DNA of 56,768 nt from a virus (taxonomy: Duplodnaviria; Caudoviricetes): the IMG/VR virus record IMGVR_UViG_3300025030_000126, positions 1 through 56,768 of that record, one strand, 5' to 3'. How positions within the stretch are numbered: the first letter of the stretch is position 1; the number at the start of each line of letters is the position of its first letter. The notes beneath the pieces are model-generated. The model had not been told where the DNA came from. It did not search any database and worked only from the letters and a program-made list of their open reading frames with translations. Made by a program: the position numbers and the translations under genes. Positions 18,766 through 28,404 of this stretch are shown here, piece after piece.

Positions 18766-19251
18766 ATGAAGGTCACTTTCATCAACAACAGTTGCAGCAG
18801 GTTACGTCGGCTTTACTCGCGGTTCGAACTGGACCTCCCCGGCAACAAGGAAACCACACTGCTTGTCCCGGACGTGCTTGTGGACAACGTGGAACGCTAT
18901 CTCCGCACACACCATCCTGCCGTAGTGATGGTGAAAAATGCGGCTGATGCGGGGCCAGCCCCGGCAGCCTCAAGCGTCGCGGTGACCATTACGGACAAGA
19001 CGGTTCTGGATATCAACGTGGACGATCAGGAGACCGAAGCGCCGGGCATCACCATCGAGCAGCATCTGCGATCCATTGGGCTGCTCTCGGACACTCCCGT
19101 AGAAGAGGCCCCCATCGTTGCCGAAGTTGCCGAAGTACCGGCAGAGCAGGCGGCACCGGAAGCATCCAAACCGGCCAAAAAGGGCGGCGGCAACCTGATC
19201 CCGGCGAAGAAAGCTGATAAGCCTGCCAAAACTTCCGGAGGCAAGAAATGA
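18766..19251 (+). CDS. hypothetical protein with Ala/Pro/Glu/Lys-rich tail
   Basis: AAGGAG RBS; ATGA overlap with sheath. Confidence 0.75.
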   Translation: MKVTFINNSCSRLRRLYSRFELDLPGNKETTLLVPDVLVDNVERYLRTHHPAVVMVKNAADAGPAPAASSVAVTITDKTVLDINVDDQETEAPGITIEQHLRSIGLLSDTPVEEAPIVAEVAEVPAEQAAPEASKPAKKGGGNLIPAKKADKPAKTSGGKK

Positions 19252-20957
19252 AGCAAGTCATAACCAATGCCGCAGACATCACCATTCTGCGTACCGATGC
19301 CAGCGCGACCACGAAGACAGGGGGCGGGCCTATCTCCATCGGAGCATCGGCTGTAGTGGCGAGCAAGGGGAAGCCCTTCACGGTCATTCGCACGCTGGCA
19401 TCTACCCTGGAAAAACTTTTCGGCAAGGCACTCCCCAAGAAAGCGGCAGGGGCCGAGGGGCTCCGGCACGTCAACGACGCGCTGAAAGAACTGCTTTACT
19501 GCAACTTGGTCCGGGTCGTCAACGAGGATTACCGGTTCCCGTCGCTGGCTTTCGCTACGGATGACGGGGCGGCCACCACTGCGGCCAATACCCACAACAC
19601 TGTTTTGTCCATCGGGGCGGGCAATTTTCTCCAGGTCTGGCCGGTGGACGGCGACCCCTCCGTCAACCGTTCCTTCGAGGTTGCCAATGTGGTGACGGAC
19701 AAGGGCGCATACGATACCGCAGTGGTCTACGCGGTCAACGATGTAGTGGACGTGGCGGGCGGGCGTCTGATCTGCATCGCCCCCCATATCGCCACCGATG
19801 CCGACCCGACCCTGGCGATCCCGACCGTCCGGTGGGAGGTCTACAACGGCCAGTACGACGAGCGGTTCACCATCAACTTCTACGACGAGGACAAAGACGG
19901 CACCGAGTATCTGCTTGAAACCTACCTTGTCGGCGTGGACTCCTTCGACAAGGATGACATGGGACTCCCGGCCTACATCGAAACTGTTCTTGAGCAGCAG
20001 TCCACGCGCTTCAGGGCGAACTTTGATGAAGACGAGACGTGGGCCACGGTTCTCACCGGCCTGAAAGGGATCACCAAGACCACGTTCACCGGGGGCACCA
20101 ACGGCGGCGAGCCTGTTACCGCCGACTGGAATGCCGCCTGGGACCTGTTCAGGAACGAGACCTTTGCCGCGAACCACATGTTCGCTGCGGGTCTCTACGA
20201 TGCCGATGCGCTCGCCAACATGATCGACGTTGCCGACAAAAGGCGGGCCGCCTGCTACTTCGACGTTTCCCCGGCACTCACCTCCGCACAGGCCATCGAG
20301 TGGCTGAAAGGCACAGGGCTTGCCAGCCGCAATGCCCGCGTCACCCACTCGCCGTTCTCGGCCAACGACCCGACCTATGGCGGGGGGATGGTATGGGGCG
20401 TTTCCGGCGACAAGGTAGCGGCCAAGTGCCGAGGGGAAGCAATCTTCTCCGGGTCAACTCCCGGTGTCCACTTCGCAGCGGCAGGCGCGAACCGCGCCAT
20501 GCTCACCCGCACGGGTGTGAAGCCCCTGCACGAGGAAGACGCGCCCGACCGGGATGCCCTTTACAGGGCGAGGATCAATCCGGTAGTCGCCGGGGGAACT
20601 GGAGGGGCGGTCATAGACGACGACCTTTCCCTGCACTTCAAAGAGGACTACAGCAGGCTTGCCTGGGTTGTGGACATCGACAACTACATCGCCCACAGGT
20701 TCTACCAGGGAGCCGCAGCACTGAAGTTTGAACCGGACGGCCTTACCTTCTCCGGTCTGACCTCCATGACCAAGGAGATTCTGGACGAGATGGTCACTTC
20801 CGGGGCGCTCGTGAAACCCCGCGACCCCGAAGACGGCGACAAGGAGTACATCCTCACCGTCGAGCAGATCGAGATAGACCTTTGGCTGGTAACGTGGTAC
20901 ATCTGCCCCACCGGCAGTGCCCGCAGGATCGTCGGACAGCCGCGCTACATCAAATAG
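19248..20957 (+). CDS. gp22: contractile tail sheath protein, P1 gp22-like
   Basis: D.DDMG.PAYIET.LE, RINPV...IDD.L, FEPDG.T, CPTGSARRI.G.P motifs. Confidence 0.92.
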   Translation: MKQVITNAADITILRTDASATTKTGGGPISIGASAVVASKGKPFTVIRTLASTLEKLFGKALPKKAAGAEGLRHVNDALKELLYCNLVRVVNEDYRFPSLAFATDDGAATTAANTHNTVLSIGAGNFLQVWPVDGDPSVNRSFEVANVVTDKGAYDTAVVYAVNDVVDVAGGRLICIAPHIATDADPTLAIPTVRWEVYNGQYDERFTINFYDEDKDGTEYLLETYLVGVDSFDKDDMGLPAYIETVLEQQSTRFRANFDEDETWATVLTGLKGITKTTFTGGTNGGEPVTADWNAAWDLFRNETFAANHMFAAGLYDADALANMIDVADKRRAACYFDVSPALTSAQAIEWLKGTGLASRNARVTHSPFSANDPTYGGGMVWGVSGDKVAAKCRGEAIFSGSTPGVHFAAAGANRAMLTRTGVKPLHEEDAPDRDALYRARINPVVAGGTGGAVIDDDLSLHFKEDYSRLAWVVDIDNYIAHRFYQGAAALKFEPDGLTFSGLTSMTKEILDEMVTSGALVKPRDPEDGDKEYILTVEQIEIDLWLVTWYICPTGSARRIVGQPRYIK

Positions 20958-21007
20958 CCACCGTTTGAAACAACGAGTTCACTTTCAGAGTAAAAAGGAG
21001 AGCAGAC

Positions 21008-21205
21008 ATGTTAAAGGAAGTAGTTACCGACAACTCGCAGATGTACCCCTCAGACGTCGCCAATCTCAGAGAGGCGGTGGTGGAGATGCAGGCCATCCTT
21101 GCACTTCTCGGAATCGACTCGCCGGAAGGCATCACCGACGCCGGGGACGGAGTGAAACTGAAACTGGTAGTGACCAACCGCGTAGCCGAATGGGTCGAAG
21201 CGTAA
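21008..21205 (+). CDS. small hypothetical protein
   Basis: AAGGAG RBS. Confidence 0.65.
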   Translation: MLKEVVTDNSQMYPSDVANLREAVVEMQAILALLGIDSPEGITDAGDGVKLKLVVTNRVAEWVEA

Positions 21206-21257
21206 CCCTTCCGGTCAGTCACCCCTTAACACAATTCCGTAAAAAGGAGATTTTCAC

Positions 21258-21482
21258 ATGAAAAAGTCGATACTTGTTGCAATCGCTCTGTTTGTCCTGT
21301 GGGTTGTCGGCGGGGCTGCCTTTGCCGCCTCTGGCGACCGGACCCCGGTGAACAAACTGAAGCACGGTGCCCCGGCTGCCGGTTCTACCTGTGTCCAGGG
21401 GGAACAGAGGGTGACTGCGAAGTTCGTATTCACCTGCATGACCACGAACGGGTGGAAAAACTACAGCTCCGCTTCCTTCTAA
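21258..21482 (+). CDS. small secreted protein (signal peptide)
   Basis: AAGGAG RBS; MKKSILVAIALFVLWVVGGAAFA|AS; GS.C..G.....F.FTC..TN.WK mini-domain of fibre type. Confidence 0.75.
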   Translation: MKKSILVAIALFVLWVVGGAAFAASGDRTPVNKLKHGAPAAGSTCVQGEQRVTAKFVFTCMTTNGWKNYSSASF

Positions 21483-21523
21483 CTGGACTATCCAAAATCA
21501 CCGCCCGCAGGAGGGTAGATAAG

Positions 21524-22198
21524 ATGCGCGAAGAATTCAATTATTATGCACACCAGCCGCACGAAGAGGAATCCTTCCTGGGGGTAGGGTCGATGGCGCT
21601 GAGACCGGGAATGACCATCCTTGAGGCCGCCGCGCCCGACAGTTCCCTGATGGGGGATTTTTCGGGGAGCCAGACCCGTAGCGCGGCAATGGCTCTCGCC
21701 CTGGCGTTTGTCGAGGGGGGCGACTTCAGTTATGCAGCCCTCGAAGCGGGCGCTTTCCTGATGGCCGATGCCGACGAGGATCAGGACATCTCCGATGACG
21801 AGCAGGACTTCTTGAACGAACTGCTCCAGGGTGTGGCCGACGCTTTCACCTCCCTGGGGGCCGATGCCGGAAACGTCGCATCCTTCATGGATGACGAAGA
21901 CGACGCGGCAGGGGCGACCCTTGGCGCGTTCCTCTCCGAGAAGATGAGCGGGACGACCATGGACGACGACGAGATCATCGCCAACTACGCGGTCGGCGGC
22001 GACATGGTTCTGGAGTCCATCGTCAAGGTCGTCAGGTCCGGCAAGGTTGTACTGAAGCGCAAGCGCATCGGCAGGCCGAAGAAGATCACCGCGATCCAGC
22101 GGGCGGGCTTGAAGAAAGCCCGCATGAGGGCCTTCACCGGGGCAGCGAAAGTCCACCGCGCCAAGTCGATGAAGATCAGAAAGCAGAGAGGGATGTAG
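21524..22198 (+). CDS. gp21: P1 gp21-like protein (acidic body, basic C-terminus; prohead-core-like)
   Basis: ALGAD...V....DDEDD.A and VVR.GKV...RKR....Q..LKKAR..A......R.KSM.IRK.RG. Confidence 0.85.
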   Translation: MREEFNYYAHQPHEEESFLGVGSMALRPGMTILEAAAPDSSLMGDFSGSQTRSAAMALALAFVEGGDFSYAALEAGAFLMADADEDQDISDDEQDFLNELLQGVADAFTSLGADAGNVASFMDDEDDAAGATLGAFLSEKMSGTTMDDDEIIANYAVGGDMVLESIVKVVRSGKVVLKRKRIGRPKKITAIQRAGLKKARMRAFTGAAKVHRAKSMKIRKQRGM

Positions 22199-22201
22199 TA
22201 A

Positions 22202-22780
22202 ATGGGATTTGTCGGGAACGCCGATAACCGAGTAAGCGAGTATCTGAAGGCATGGATCAAGCCGACAGGTTCAGATTCTGGCGTAGTCGGTCTTATCGGC
22301 CCCGGCACTTCCCGGCAGCTCCAGTCGAACTGGAACTCTCCCTTCGAGCAATCCAGCGTCGGCAGCGCCTACGAAAAGACGGCGGGGCTGGTTCAGCAGA
22401 TGACGGGGCTCACCTCCGTCTCGGCACTGAACGGCGAACAGATTTGGGACGGCAACCGACCGGAAAGCGTCAACCTCGTCCTGATCTTTTACGCGATCAC
22501 CGACCCCGCCAAGGAGGTCATGCAGGCACTGGCTGCACTCGAAAGTATGGCGTCGCCACAAGTTAATAAATTTGCCCCTGGGGGGAGAATTCCCCAGACC
22601 GTGACGTTGAACATCGGGAGAGTCAGCCTTTTTACTGAAATGGTCATCGAAAACATCCCGTCTCCGCTTGACGGGCCGAAAGACAGCCTTGGCAGGCTAA
22701 TCAAGGCGGAAGTCAATATCACCCTCCAGACCAAAAACATGTATAACGCCTCAGACATACCCAGATCCTGGCGCGTTTAG
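22202..22780 (+). CDS. pmgG: tail tube initiator, P1 PmgG-like
   Basis: W.SPFE.S.G, QIWDG.RP, GGRIP..V.LNIGR; synteny 21-pmgG-bplB. Confidence 0.82.
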   Translation: MGFVGNADNRVSEYLKAWIKPTGSDSGVVGLIGPGTSRQLQSNWNSPFEQSSVGSAYEKTAGLVQQMTGLTSVSALNGEQIWDGNRPESVNLVLIFYAITDPAKEVMQALAALESMASPQVNKFAPGGRIPQTVTLNIGRVSLFTEMVIENIPSPLDGPKDSLGRLIKAEVNITLQTKNMYNASDIPRSWRV

Positions 22781-22790
22781 GAGAACTTAA

Positions 22791-23318
22791 ATGTCGAACC
22801 TCGCAGGCAACAAAGAGAACATCGCACGCGTGAAGCAGAGCTACAAAAACATGCTTGCCCTTGGCGAGGGTGCGAATGGTGCCGACTTCCGCATGACGTT
22901 CAAAGAATATCCCGATCTGGAGTTTCTGGTCCAGTCCGGGCAGCTCGCGGCCATGGCGCGTGAGATGATCGAATCGAAAGGCCCGCATGGCGTCATGTTC
23001 AACCAGCAGGGCAATTTCAAGAACGCGGTCGACGCACCGGTCACCTTCAAATCGGTCATCTCCGGCAAAGAGCGGGAGTTTTTGGCCGACTGGGTGAAGA
23101 ACAAGAAGTACATCACCGTCATCCTGGCTCAGATTTCCGAGTCGCAGCCGCAGTCCAATGCGAACAACACCGTCACCTATGAGGATACGTGGATCGAGAT
23201 CGACGGCACGGACCTCTCCGTTGACGATGGGGCTGTGCTGGTGAAGCCCTCCGGGACGCTGCATATCAACTGGGTGAGCTGGCTGGACGACGGCCAGGAA
23301 ACCTTGAGTTGGAAGTAA
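22791..23318 (+). CDS. bplB: tail tube protein, P1 BplB-like
   Basis: K.LA.GE...F.MT.K.Y..L..LV...QL..M.RE..E...P.G..FNQ.G..KN. Confidence 0.87.
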   Translation: MSNLAGNKENIARVKQSYKNMLALGEGANGADFRMTFKEYPDLEFLVQSGQLAAMAREMIESKGPHGVMFNQQGNFKNAVDAPVTFKSVISGKEREFLADWVKNKKYITVILAQISESQPQSNANNTVTYEDTWIEIDGTDLSVDDGAVLVKPSGTLHINWVSWLDDGQETLSWK

Positions 23319-23335
23319 CCCCCTCCCTGCTGTAG

Positions 23336-23363
23336 CCGGTATGGTGTTTTCCCGCCATACCGG
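23336..23363 (+). terminator. hairpin after tube gene (terminator or mRNA-stability element)
   Basis: CCGGTATGG/CCATACCGG 9-bp stem; weak U-tract. Confidence 0.45.
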
Positions 23364-23402
23364 TCATTTACAACTACCCCGGATGATCCCCAAGGAGCCA
23401 CC

Positions 23403-24065
23403 TTGACAGCCGAAGACCTCCTAGAACAAGTCGTCGCCCAATTTCAGGTCATGCTTCTGTCGCCGGAGGCGCAGGCGTCCATTCTCGCGCAGGTTCTCCG
23501 GGTTTGTCAGGCCAAGATGGGACCTTTCACCGAGATCACCTGTGATGGCACCGTGGACACCCCCGCTGATTTCCTCTCTGTGGCTTCCGCTATGGACGCC
23601 AACGGGCGCTGGCAGGATGTGGTAAGGGTTAAAACCGCAGCAATCCCCGAGACCGAAACAGACGCCGCCGTCGCGGCAACGGACAAACTCCAGATCGTGG
23701 GGCAAGTTCCTGTTGACCCCCCTGTGCTTTCACCCTTGGAAGTGGCGCTCACAGTCGGTAACCGGAACGGCTTTTACGGGGCTGGCCGAGTTGCGAGCAC
23801 CAAGGCCGTGAAGCCCTTCAGGATCTTCTATTTCATCGACTTGGCGCAGTGCGAAGAGCTGCCGCCGCTTGTCCAATCGTACCTTTACGAGTACCTCTAC
23901 ATCCGCCTGGAGATTCCGAACAACAAGAGATCTCGTGAGGTTGCCAGCACCACGGGCATGCAGGTTGAGCTTCCGAGCGATGAAGAGCTGAAGCAGCGCA
24001 AAGACCTCATCGAGACCGACATGGAAGAGTCGGCGGCCATCATCCCTTCAGCGGCGGTTTTCTAA
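23403..24065 (+). CDS. pmgC: head-tail adaptor, P1 PmgC-like
   Basis: TTG start with AAGGAG; LLE.V...F, PADFL.V, YL...LEIPN..R.R, L.QRK...E..M....AIIP. Confidence 0.78.
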   Translation: MTAEDLLEQVVAQFQVMLLSPEAQASILAQVLRVCQAKMGPFTEITCDGTVDTPADFLSVASAMDANGRWQDVVRVKTAAIPETETDAAVAATDKLQIVGQVPVDPPVLSPLEVALTVGNRNGFYGAGRVASTKAVKPFRIFYFIDLAQCEELPPLVQSYLYEYLYIRLEIPNNKRSREVASTTGMQVELPSDEELKQRKDLIETDMEESAAIIPSAAVF

Positions 24066-24640
24066 TGGCCGAAGACTTCAACAGACTGAAGCGTATTTCC
24101 AGGCGGTTGGTTCATGCACCGTTCCAACACCCTTGGGAGTTCCGCTTAGAGATCAGCGGCATGGCCGAAAGTCTCTCCAGACGCACCGATGGCGTGAGCG
24201 ACTTCGATCTGCTGGTCAAGGACATCTCCTACGGTTCGATCACCATCGAGACCGAAGTGATAAAGGCCGGGGGGATCACGCTGACCTTCCCCGTGGGTAC
24301 CGAACCTGTCACGATGACGATGACGATCAGAGACTTCAAAACCCGCCCTTTCTACCGGTGGTTCCGGGACGAGTGGGTTCCGCTGGTAGTCAACCCCGAC
24401 GGCACGTTCAACCTGCCGACCCAGTACCTGAAAAAGGTCAGCCGAATTTCTCTCTCCGACCCCAAAGACATCGAGACGTGGTACATGCTCCCGACTAAGA
24501 TCGGAGATGTCACCGAGTCGGTTGAGGCAGATGGGTTTCTTGAAACGCCTGTAACGATGATCCAATTCCGGTCTCAAGGCGATACCGGCACGAAAGCAAC
24601 TTATCAGGAGTTTGTTGAACCCAAGTGGGCGAAGCAATAA
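24065..24640 (+). CDS. tub: tail tube-like baseplate protein, P1 Tub-like
   Basis: W.F..EI.G, KDI.Y...IE.E.IK.GG, V.NPDGT.N.P.QYL, GDVT. Confidence 0.87.
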   Translation: MAEDFNRLKRISRRLVHAPFQHPWEFRLEISGMAESLSRRTDGVSDFDLLVKDISYGSITIETEVIKAGGITLTFPVGTEPVTMTMTIRDFKTRPFYRWFRDEWVPLVVNPDGTFNLPTQYLKKVSRISLSDPKDIETWYMLPTKIGDVTESVEADGFLETPVTMIQFRSQGDTGTKATYQEFVEPKWAKQ

Positions 24641-24665
24641 GCATTTTGCGTAAAGGGGTGGGTAA

Positions 24666-25535
24666 ATGGCTTGGTTAAACGCAACATTGGCCGATTCTGT
24701 GGCTGGCATGACAGCGAAGGCGAATGCCGCCATTGCCGCAGCCGAGGCTGCACTTGCAGCACTCAACAGCCAGACGACGGCGATGCAGTCCAAACTGACC
24801 GCCATGCTCGACGCGGCGACCGATAACAAGTCGATGCTCGACAAGATGGCAGAGTCCGGCTTCTACATGATAACCCTCGCGCCCCAAGTGGGTTCATGGA
24901 CCGCAAGGCTGACCGGGGCGGCGAACGAGCCGATCAACTCCGGGTTTTGTGCCGGGACCGCTAACCTGATCCTTTCCGCCGACCCTGCGGTCGTGGCAAA
25001 TGCCTATGCCAAGGTCAAGGCCGCGCTGCTCAAGCCGATTGACGATGCGAACAAGTTCATAGATCAGACCGATTTCTCCGACTTCATCCCGGAAGCCCCG
25101 GTCTATGACGATTTCCCCGCAGCCGAGTTGCCTGACTGGGATGTCCTGTACCCTTCAGGCCAATGGCAATCGGCCAAGCTGGGGGATGTTTTCGGCGGGG
25201 CAATGTCTGGTCTGGGTACTGCGTCGGAGGGGTTAAATAAGGGCGTCAAGGAGCTTCTAGCCACGGCCAACCACGTCGGGAAGATCACCTCCGCTTTGGA
25301 CAAAGGACTGACGGCAGCACAGGACTTCATGGCGGGCTTGCAAGCTACGGGCGTTTACTCTATCATGCTGCCACCTGGGGCCGGGGGCTACCTCGACCGC
25401 CTCCAGGCCGAAGCAGGCGCACCGCCCGTCGACTCCGAAATGTATAGCGCGGGGTTCGTCTGCATCGCCGTTGCTGCCGGGGCCGAAGACCTCGCCGCCA
25501 AGTACGCCACCATCAACCAGCTCATGAAAGGCTAG
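24666..25535 (+). CDS. Ala-rich hypothetical protein with internal duplication
   Basis: Two similar units (SGFYMITLAP..G.W..RL..A..P / TGVYSIMLPP..GY..RL..A.P). Confidence 0.75.
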   Translation: MAWLNATLADSVAGMTAKANAAIAAAEAALAALNSQTTAMQSKLTAMLDAATDNKSMLDKMAESGFYMITLAPQVGSWTARLTGAANEPINSGFCAGTANLILSADPAVVANAYAKVKAALLKPIDDANKFIDQTDFSDFIPEAPVYDDFPAAELPDWDVLYPSGQWQSAKLGDVFGGAMSGLGTASEGLNKGVKELLATANHVGKITSALDKGLTAAQDFMAGLQATGVYSIMLPPGAGGYLDRLQAEAGAPPVDSEMYSAGFVCIAVAAGAEDLAAKYATINQLMKG

Positions 25536-25540
25536 AACCT

Positions 25541-26395
25541 ATGCTGCCACGTTTTTCACTGCCGTCCAGGCCGGACATACTTATCACCATGAGGGAGGCG
25601 ACCGTCGCCGAGACTCTTGACTTCGCCGGGGTCAGCGTCGGCCACGAGGAAGAGGTGACAACCCTTTTCCTCAACACCGTTCAGGACAAAGCAAGTTTCG
25701 TGGACTGCCGGACGTGGACGGCGGAAGACCGCAGGTATGCGCTGTACTGGTACTACAGCAACACCCCCGGCGACAAGGACGGCCCGCTCTCCTACGAGTG
25801 TCAGCACTGCGGGGAACTGCACCACTTCCTTCAGGACTACCGCAAGCTGGACGAGACCTATAAGCCGATTCAGGGACTACCAGAGCGAGAACTGGAATGG
25901 GAAGGCGAGAAGGTCATCGTAAGGCCAGTGGATGGCTACGGCATGGAAGAGCTGGAAGAAATGCAACTCGTGCTGGATGAAATCGGGGACGAGAACAGCG
26001 GGGAGTACCAGAGACAGGCCGCCCTTATGCGCTTCACTCGGTTTGAACTGGCTGTCAGTTTTGCCGATCCCGGCAATTGGGCGAACCGCATCGCCGACAA
26101 GCTGAAGAGCAAGAAGGATCTCGAAGCGGAAGGAAAGGCCAAGGCCGCCGAACTCCGGGCGGCAAAGCGCAAGAAGCTCATGTCCATGTCCTACGGCAAG
26201 TTTGAGCAGTTTGCGGGACTGGTCGTGGAGAAGCTGCTGGAGATGGAGCACGGGCTGAATTCGATTTACGAGGGGGGCAAAGTCTTTCTCATCACCCCGC
26301 CGCACCAGTGCCCCAAAAAGAAGGACGACAAGGAGGCAACGACCCGAATCCGGGTCACCTTTCGGAATAGCGACTACATTCCAAGACTACACTGA
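25541..26395 (+). CDS. pmgB: tail assembly chaperone, P1 PmgB-like
   Basis: LP.F.LPSRP, TWTAEDR..AL.W, Y.C.HCG..H, EHGL, PPH.CP, V.FR..D.IP. Confidence 0.9.
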   Translation: MLPRFSLPSRPDILITMREATVAETLDFAGVSVGHEEEVTTLFLNTVQDKASFVDCRTWTAEDRRYALYWYYSNTPGDKDGPLSYECQHCGELHHFLQDYRKLDETYKPIQGLPERELEWEGEKVIVRPVDGYGMEELEEMQLVLDEIGDENSGEYQRQAALMRFTRFELAVSFADPGNWANRIADKLKSKKDLEAEGKAKAAELRAAKRKKLMSMSYGKFEQFAGLVVEKLLEMEHGLNSIYEGGKVFLITPPHQCPKKKDDKEATTRIRVTFRNSDYIPRLH

Positions 26396-26525
26396 GGCGT
26401 CCTGGCACATCGTCCTGAACGACCTCTGCTTTTTCTGGCATCAGGATAAGGGCAGCATGCTCCAGACCGAAAAGAGCCACGTCCTTTCCTCCTATAACTC
26501 CATGCTGCGACGATTAAAAAAGTAG
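26361..26525 (+). CDS. putative +1 frameshift extension of PmgB (G-T-type chaperone)
   Basis: Open +1 frame from TTT_CGG site to TAG 6 nt before sit; encodes ...SWHIVLNDLCFFWHQD...LRRLKK; no upstream start codon. Confidence 0.65.
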   Translation, partial: FGIATTFQDYTEASWHIVLNDLCFFWHQDKGSMLQTEKSHVLSSYNSMLRRLKK

Positions 26526-26531
26526 GGGCCT

Positions 26532-28400
26532 ATGTTCGAAGAAACCGTCAAAACCCAGAAGGCCGAAGAGAAGGACCCGATAGAGGCTCTTTCCGAAATC
26601 CTCGAAAAGTTCGAGAGCCGCCCCCTTCTCAAGAAAATCGAGCGCAACACCGCCGTGCTGCCGACCCTGCTACGAGCCCTGACTGTCGCCAAAGGGACCA
26701 AGGCCGCGCACATGTACGTGCGGGACTTTGCCAAGATCGAAAAACCCCTGCGGCAATCCACAGAACGGCTGAAGGCGACCGCTGGCCCCGTCGCCGTGCG
26801 CCCCTCGGCGGTCGCGGCCCGGATAGCGCAAGCGGCGACAGCCAGGGCCGTCACCCGGAACGCTTCTCCGGTGCTCCCCGCGCCCGTAGTGCCTACGCCA
26901 GTTGTCACCCCTATCCCCGCCACGCCTCGCTCCGCACGAGCGGCAATTTCCCGCGCCACAACAGCCATCAATCAGCCGGAACGCGCCAAAAACGGACGGT
27001 TCAAGTCGGCGGGGGAACTGGAGAGGGAAAAGCAGCAAAGCCAAGAACCTGTCAAGGGAATGAAGGGCTGGTTTAAGGCCGCCATTGGTGCCGTCATCGG
27101 CAAGGGGAAGGATAAGGGCGGGGATATAGGGGACGCGGCAGGCAAGGCCGTTGGCGGGCCAATTTGGGAGGCTGCCAAAGAGATGCAGGGCGCTGTCGGC
27201 GAGCTGAAGGAAAAGCTTCAGGACGACAAGACCCTGTTGGGGAAAGCTTTCAAGTTCCTGGGCCGGAAGACCCGCCTTGCTACCGGACGTAACGCCGCGC
27301 CGACCGAAGGGACCGAGCAGCGTCGGCACCGCGAACTGATCCAGGCCATAGAGGGCGGTGGGCATGGCGGCGGCGGGGGCAGTGCCGGGGCTGGTATTGC
27401 CGAAGCTATCGGCGGTGGGATCACCGGGGCAACAGGCGTCAAGTTTTTGAGCAAGATTCCTGGGGCGAGCATCGCGGCCAAGGTCCTGGCAAAAGCAGGT
27501 CCGGTGCTGGGGGTGCTCGCCAGCGGGACGGTGCTTGCGGGAGCAGCCGCCGTGCTGGCTGGAGGGTCTGCGCTGAAATCCCTCTTCATGGGTGGAAGCA
27601 ACCCGATCAACGACCTCTATAAGAAGACGGGATTGCCAAAAGTCAGCGAAAGCCCCGAGCAGCAGGAGATGAACCGCAGGGGTGTAGCCTTCACCAAGAA
27701 GATGAATGAGGAGAGAGTTAAACAGGGCAAACAGCCCCTAGAGTACAACCCCGTCACTGGGGATGTGATACCGCAAGCTGCTAGCGAGCAAATAGAGAAG
27801 TCCAGCAAGAAGAACGGGCTGAACTCGAACCTCATCAAGGGCGTAATCAGCACGGAAAGCCAAGGAAACCCTAATGCTAAGTCGAAGGCCGGAGCTGTGG
27901 GGCTTATGCAACTCATGCCTCGAACAGCAAGAGACCTTGGCGTTGCCGACCGCCGAGACCCAAAGGCGAACATAAAGGGGGGGACCGCACACTTAGGCCG
28001 CCTGATGAAAAAGTATGGCGGCAACGAAACCCATGCGCTTCAGGCGTACAACTGGGGCGAAGGAAACATGGACGCCTACCTAAAAACGGGACGGGGGGCG
28101 AAGGGACAAGCGATGCCGCTGGAAACAATCAACTACCCTGTCAAGGTCCAGCGCAACAAGTCAGCATATGAGCGGGGGGCTATCGTCCCGGCAAAGACGC
28201 AAATCAAGGAGGTATCCCAGCCGACATCTCTGAAGGATGTGGTTCCCGCCCCCTTGACGGCAACCCTTATGGGGACCGAAAAGCTCATATCGGCACTGAA
28301 CAAGCAAGGTGCGCCCAAGAAGGAAACCGCAGGGCTGGCCCCGATCAAAACCCACTTCGATGACACGATCCTCAACCTGATGACCCACGACAGGATTTGA
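26532..28400 (+). CDS. sit: tape measure protein with lytic transglycosylase domain, P1 Sit-like
   Basis: ES.GNPNAKS.AGA.GLMQLMP...AYNWGEG SLT motif; R...GRF and G.A.GGP.W motifs; synteny pmgB-sit-pmgA. Confidence 0.9.
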   Translation: MFEETVKTQKAEEKDPIEALSEILEKFESRPLLKKIERNTAVLPTLLRALTVAKGTKAAHMYVRDFAKIEKPLRQSTERLKATAGPVAVRPSAVAARIAQAATARAVTRNASPVLPAPVVPTPVVTPIPATPRSARAAISRATTAINQPERAKNGRFKSAGELEREKQQSQEPVKGMKGWFKAAIGAVIGKGKDKGGDIGDAAGKAVGGPIWEAAKEMQGAVGELKEKLQDDKTLLGKAFKFLGRKTRLATGRNAAPTEGTEQRRHRELIQAIEGGGHGGGGGSAGAGIAEAIGGGITGATGVKFLSKIPGASIAAKVLAKAGPVLGVLASGTVLAGAAAVLAGGSALKSLFMGGSNPINDLYKKTGLPKVSESPEQQEMNRRGVAFTKKMNEERVKQGKQPLEYNPVTGDVIPQAASEQIEKSSKKNGLNSNLIKGVISTESQGNPNAKSKAGAVGLMQLMPRTARDLGVADRRDPKANIKGGTAHLGRLMKKYGGNETHALQAYNWGEGNMDAYLKTGRGAKGQAMPLETINYPVKVQRNKSAYERGAIVPAKTQIKEVSQPTSLKDVVPAPLTATLMGTEKLISALNKQGAPKKETAGLAPIKTHFDDTILNLMTHDRI

Positions 28401-28404
28401 AGCC

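Noticed and set aside
20968-20977. P1 Lpa late-promoter -22 box (AAGTTACTT)-like GAGTTCACTT
   Set aside because: Imperfect single occurrence; no consistent copy upstream of other late genes
26309-26320. -1 slippery site CCCCAAAAAG in pmgB
   Set aside because: The -1 frame stops at 26368-26370; the protein-like downstream frame is +1
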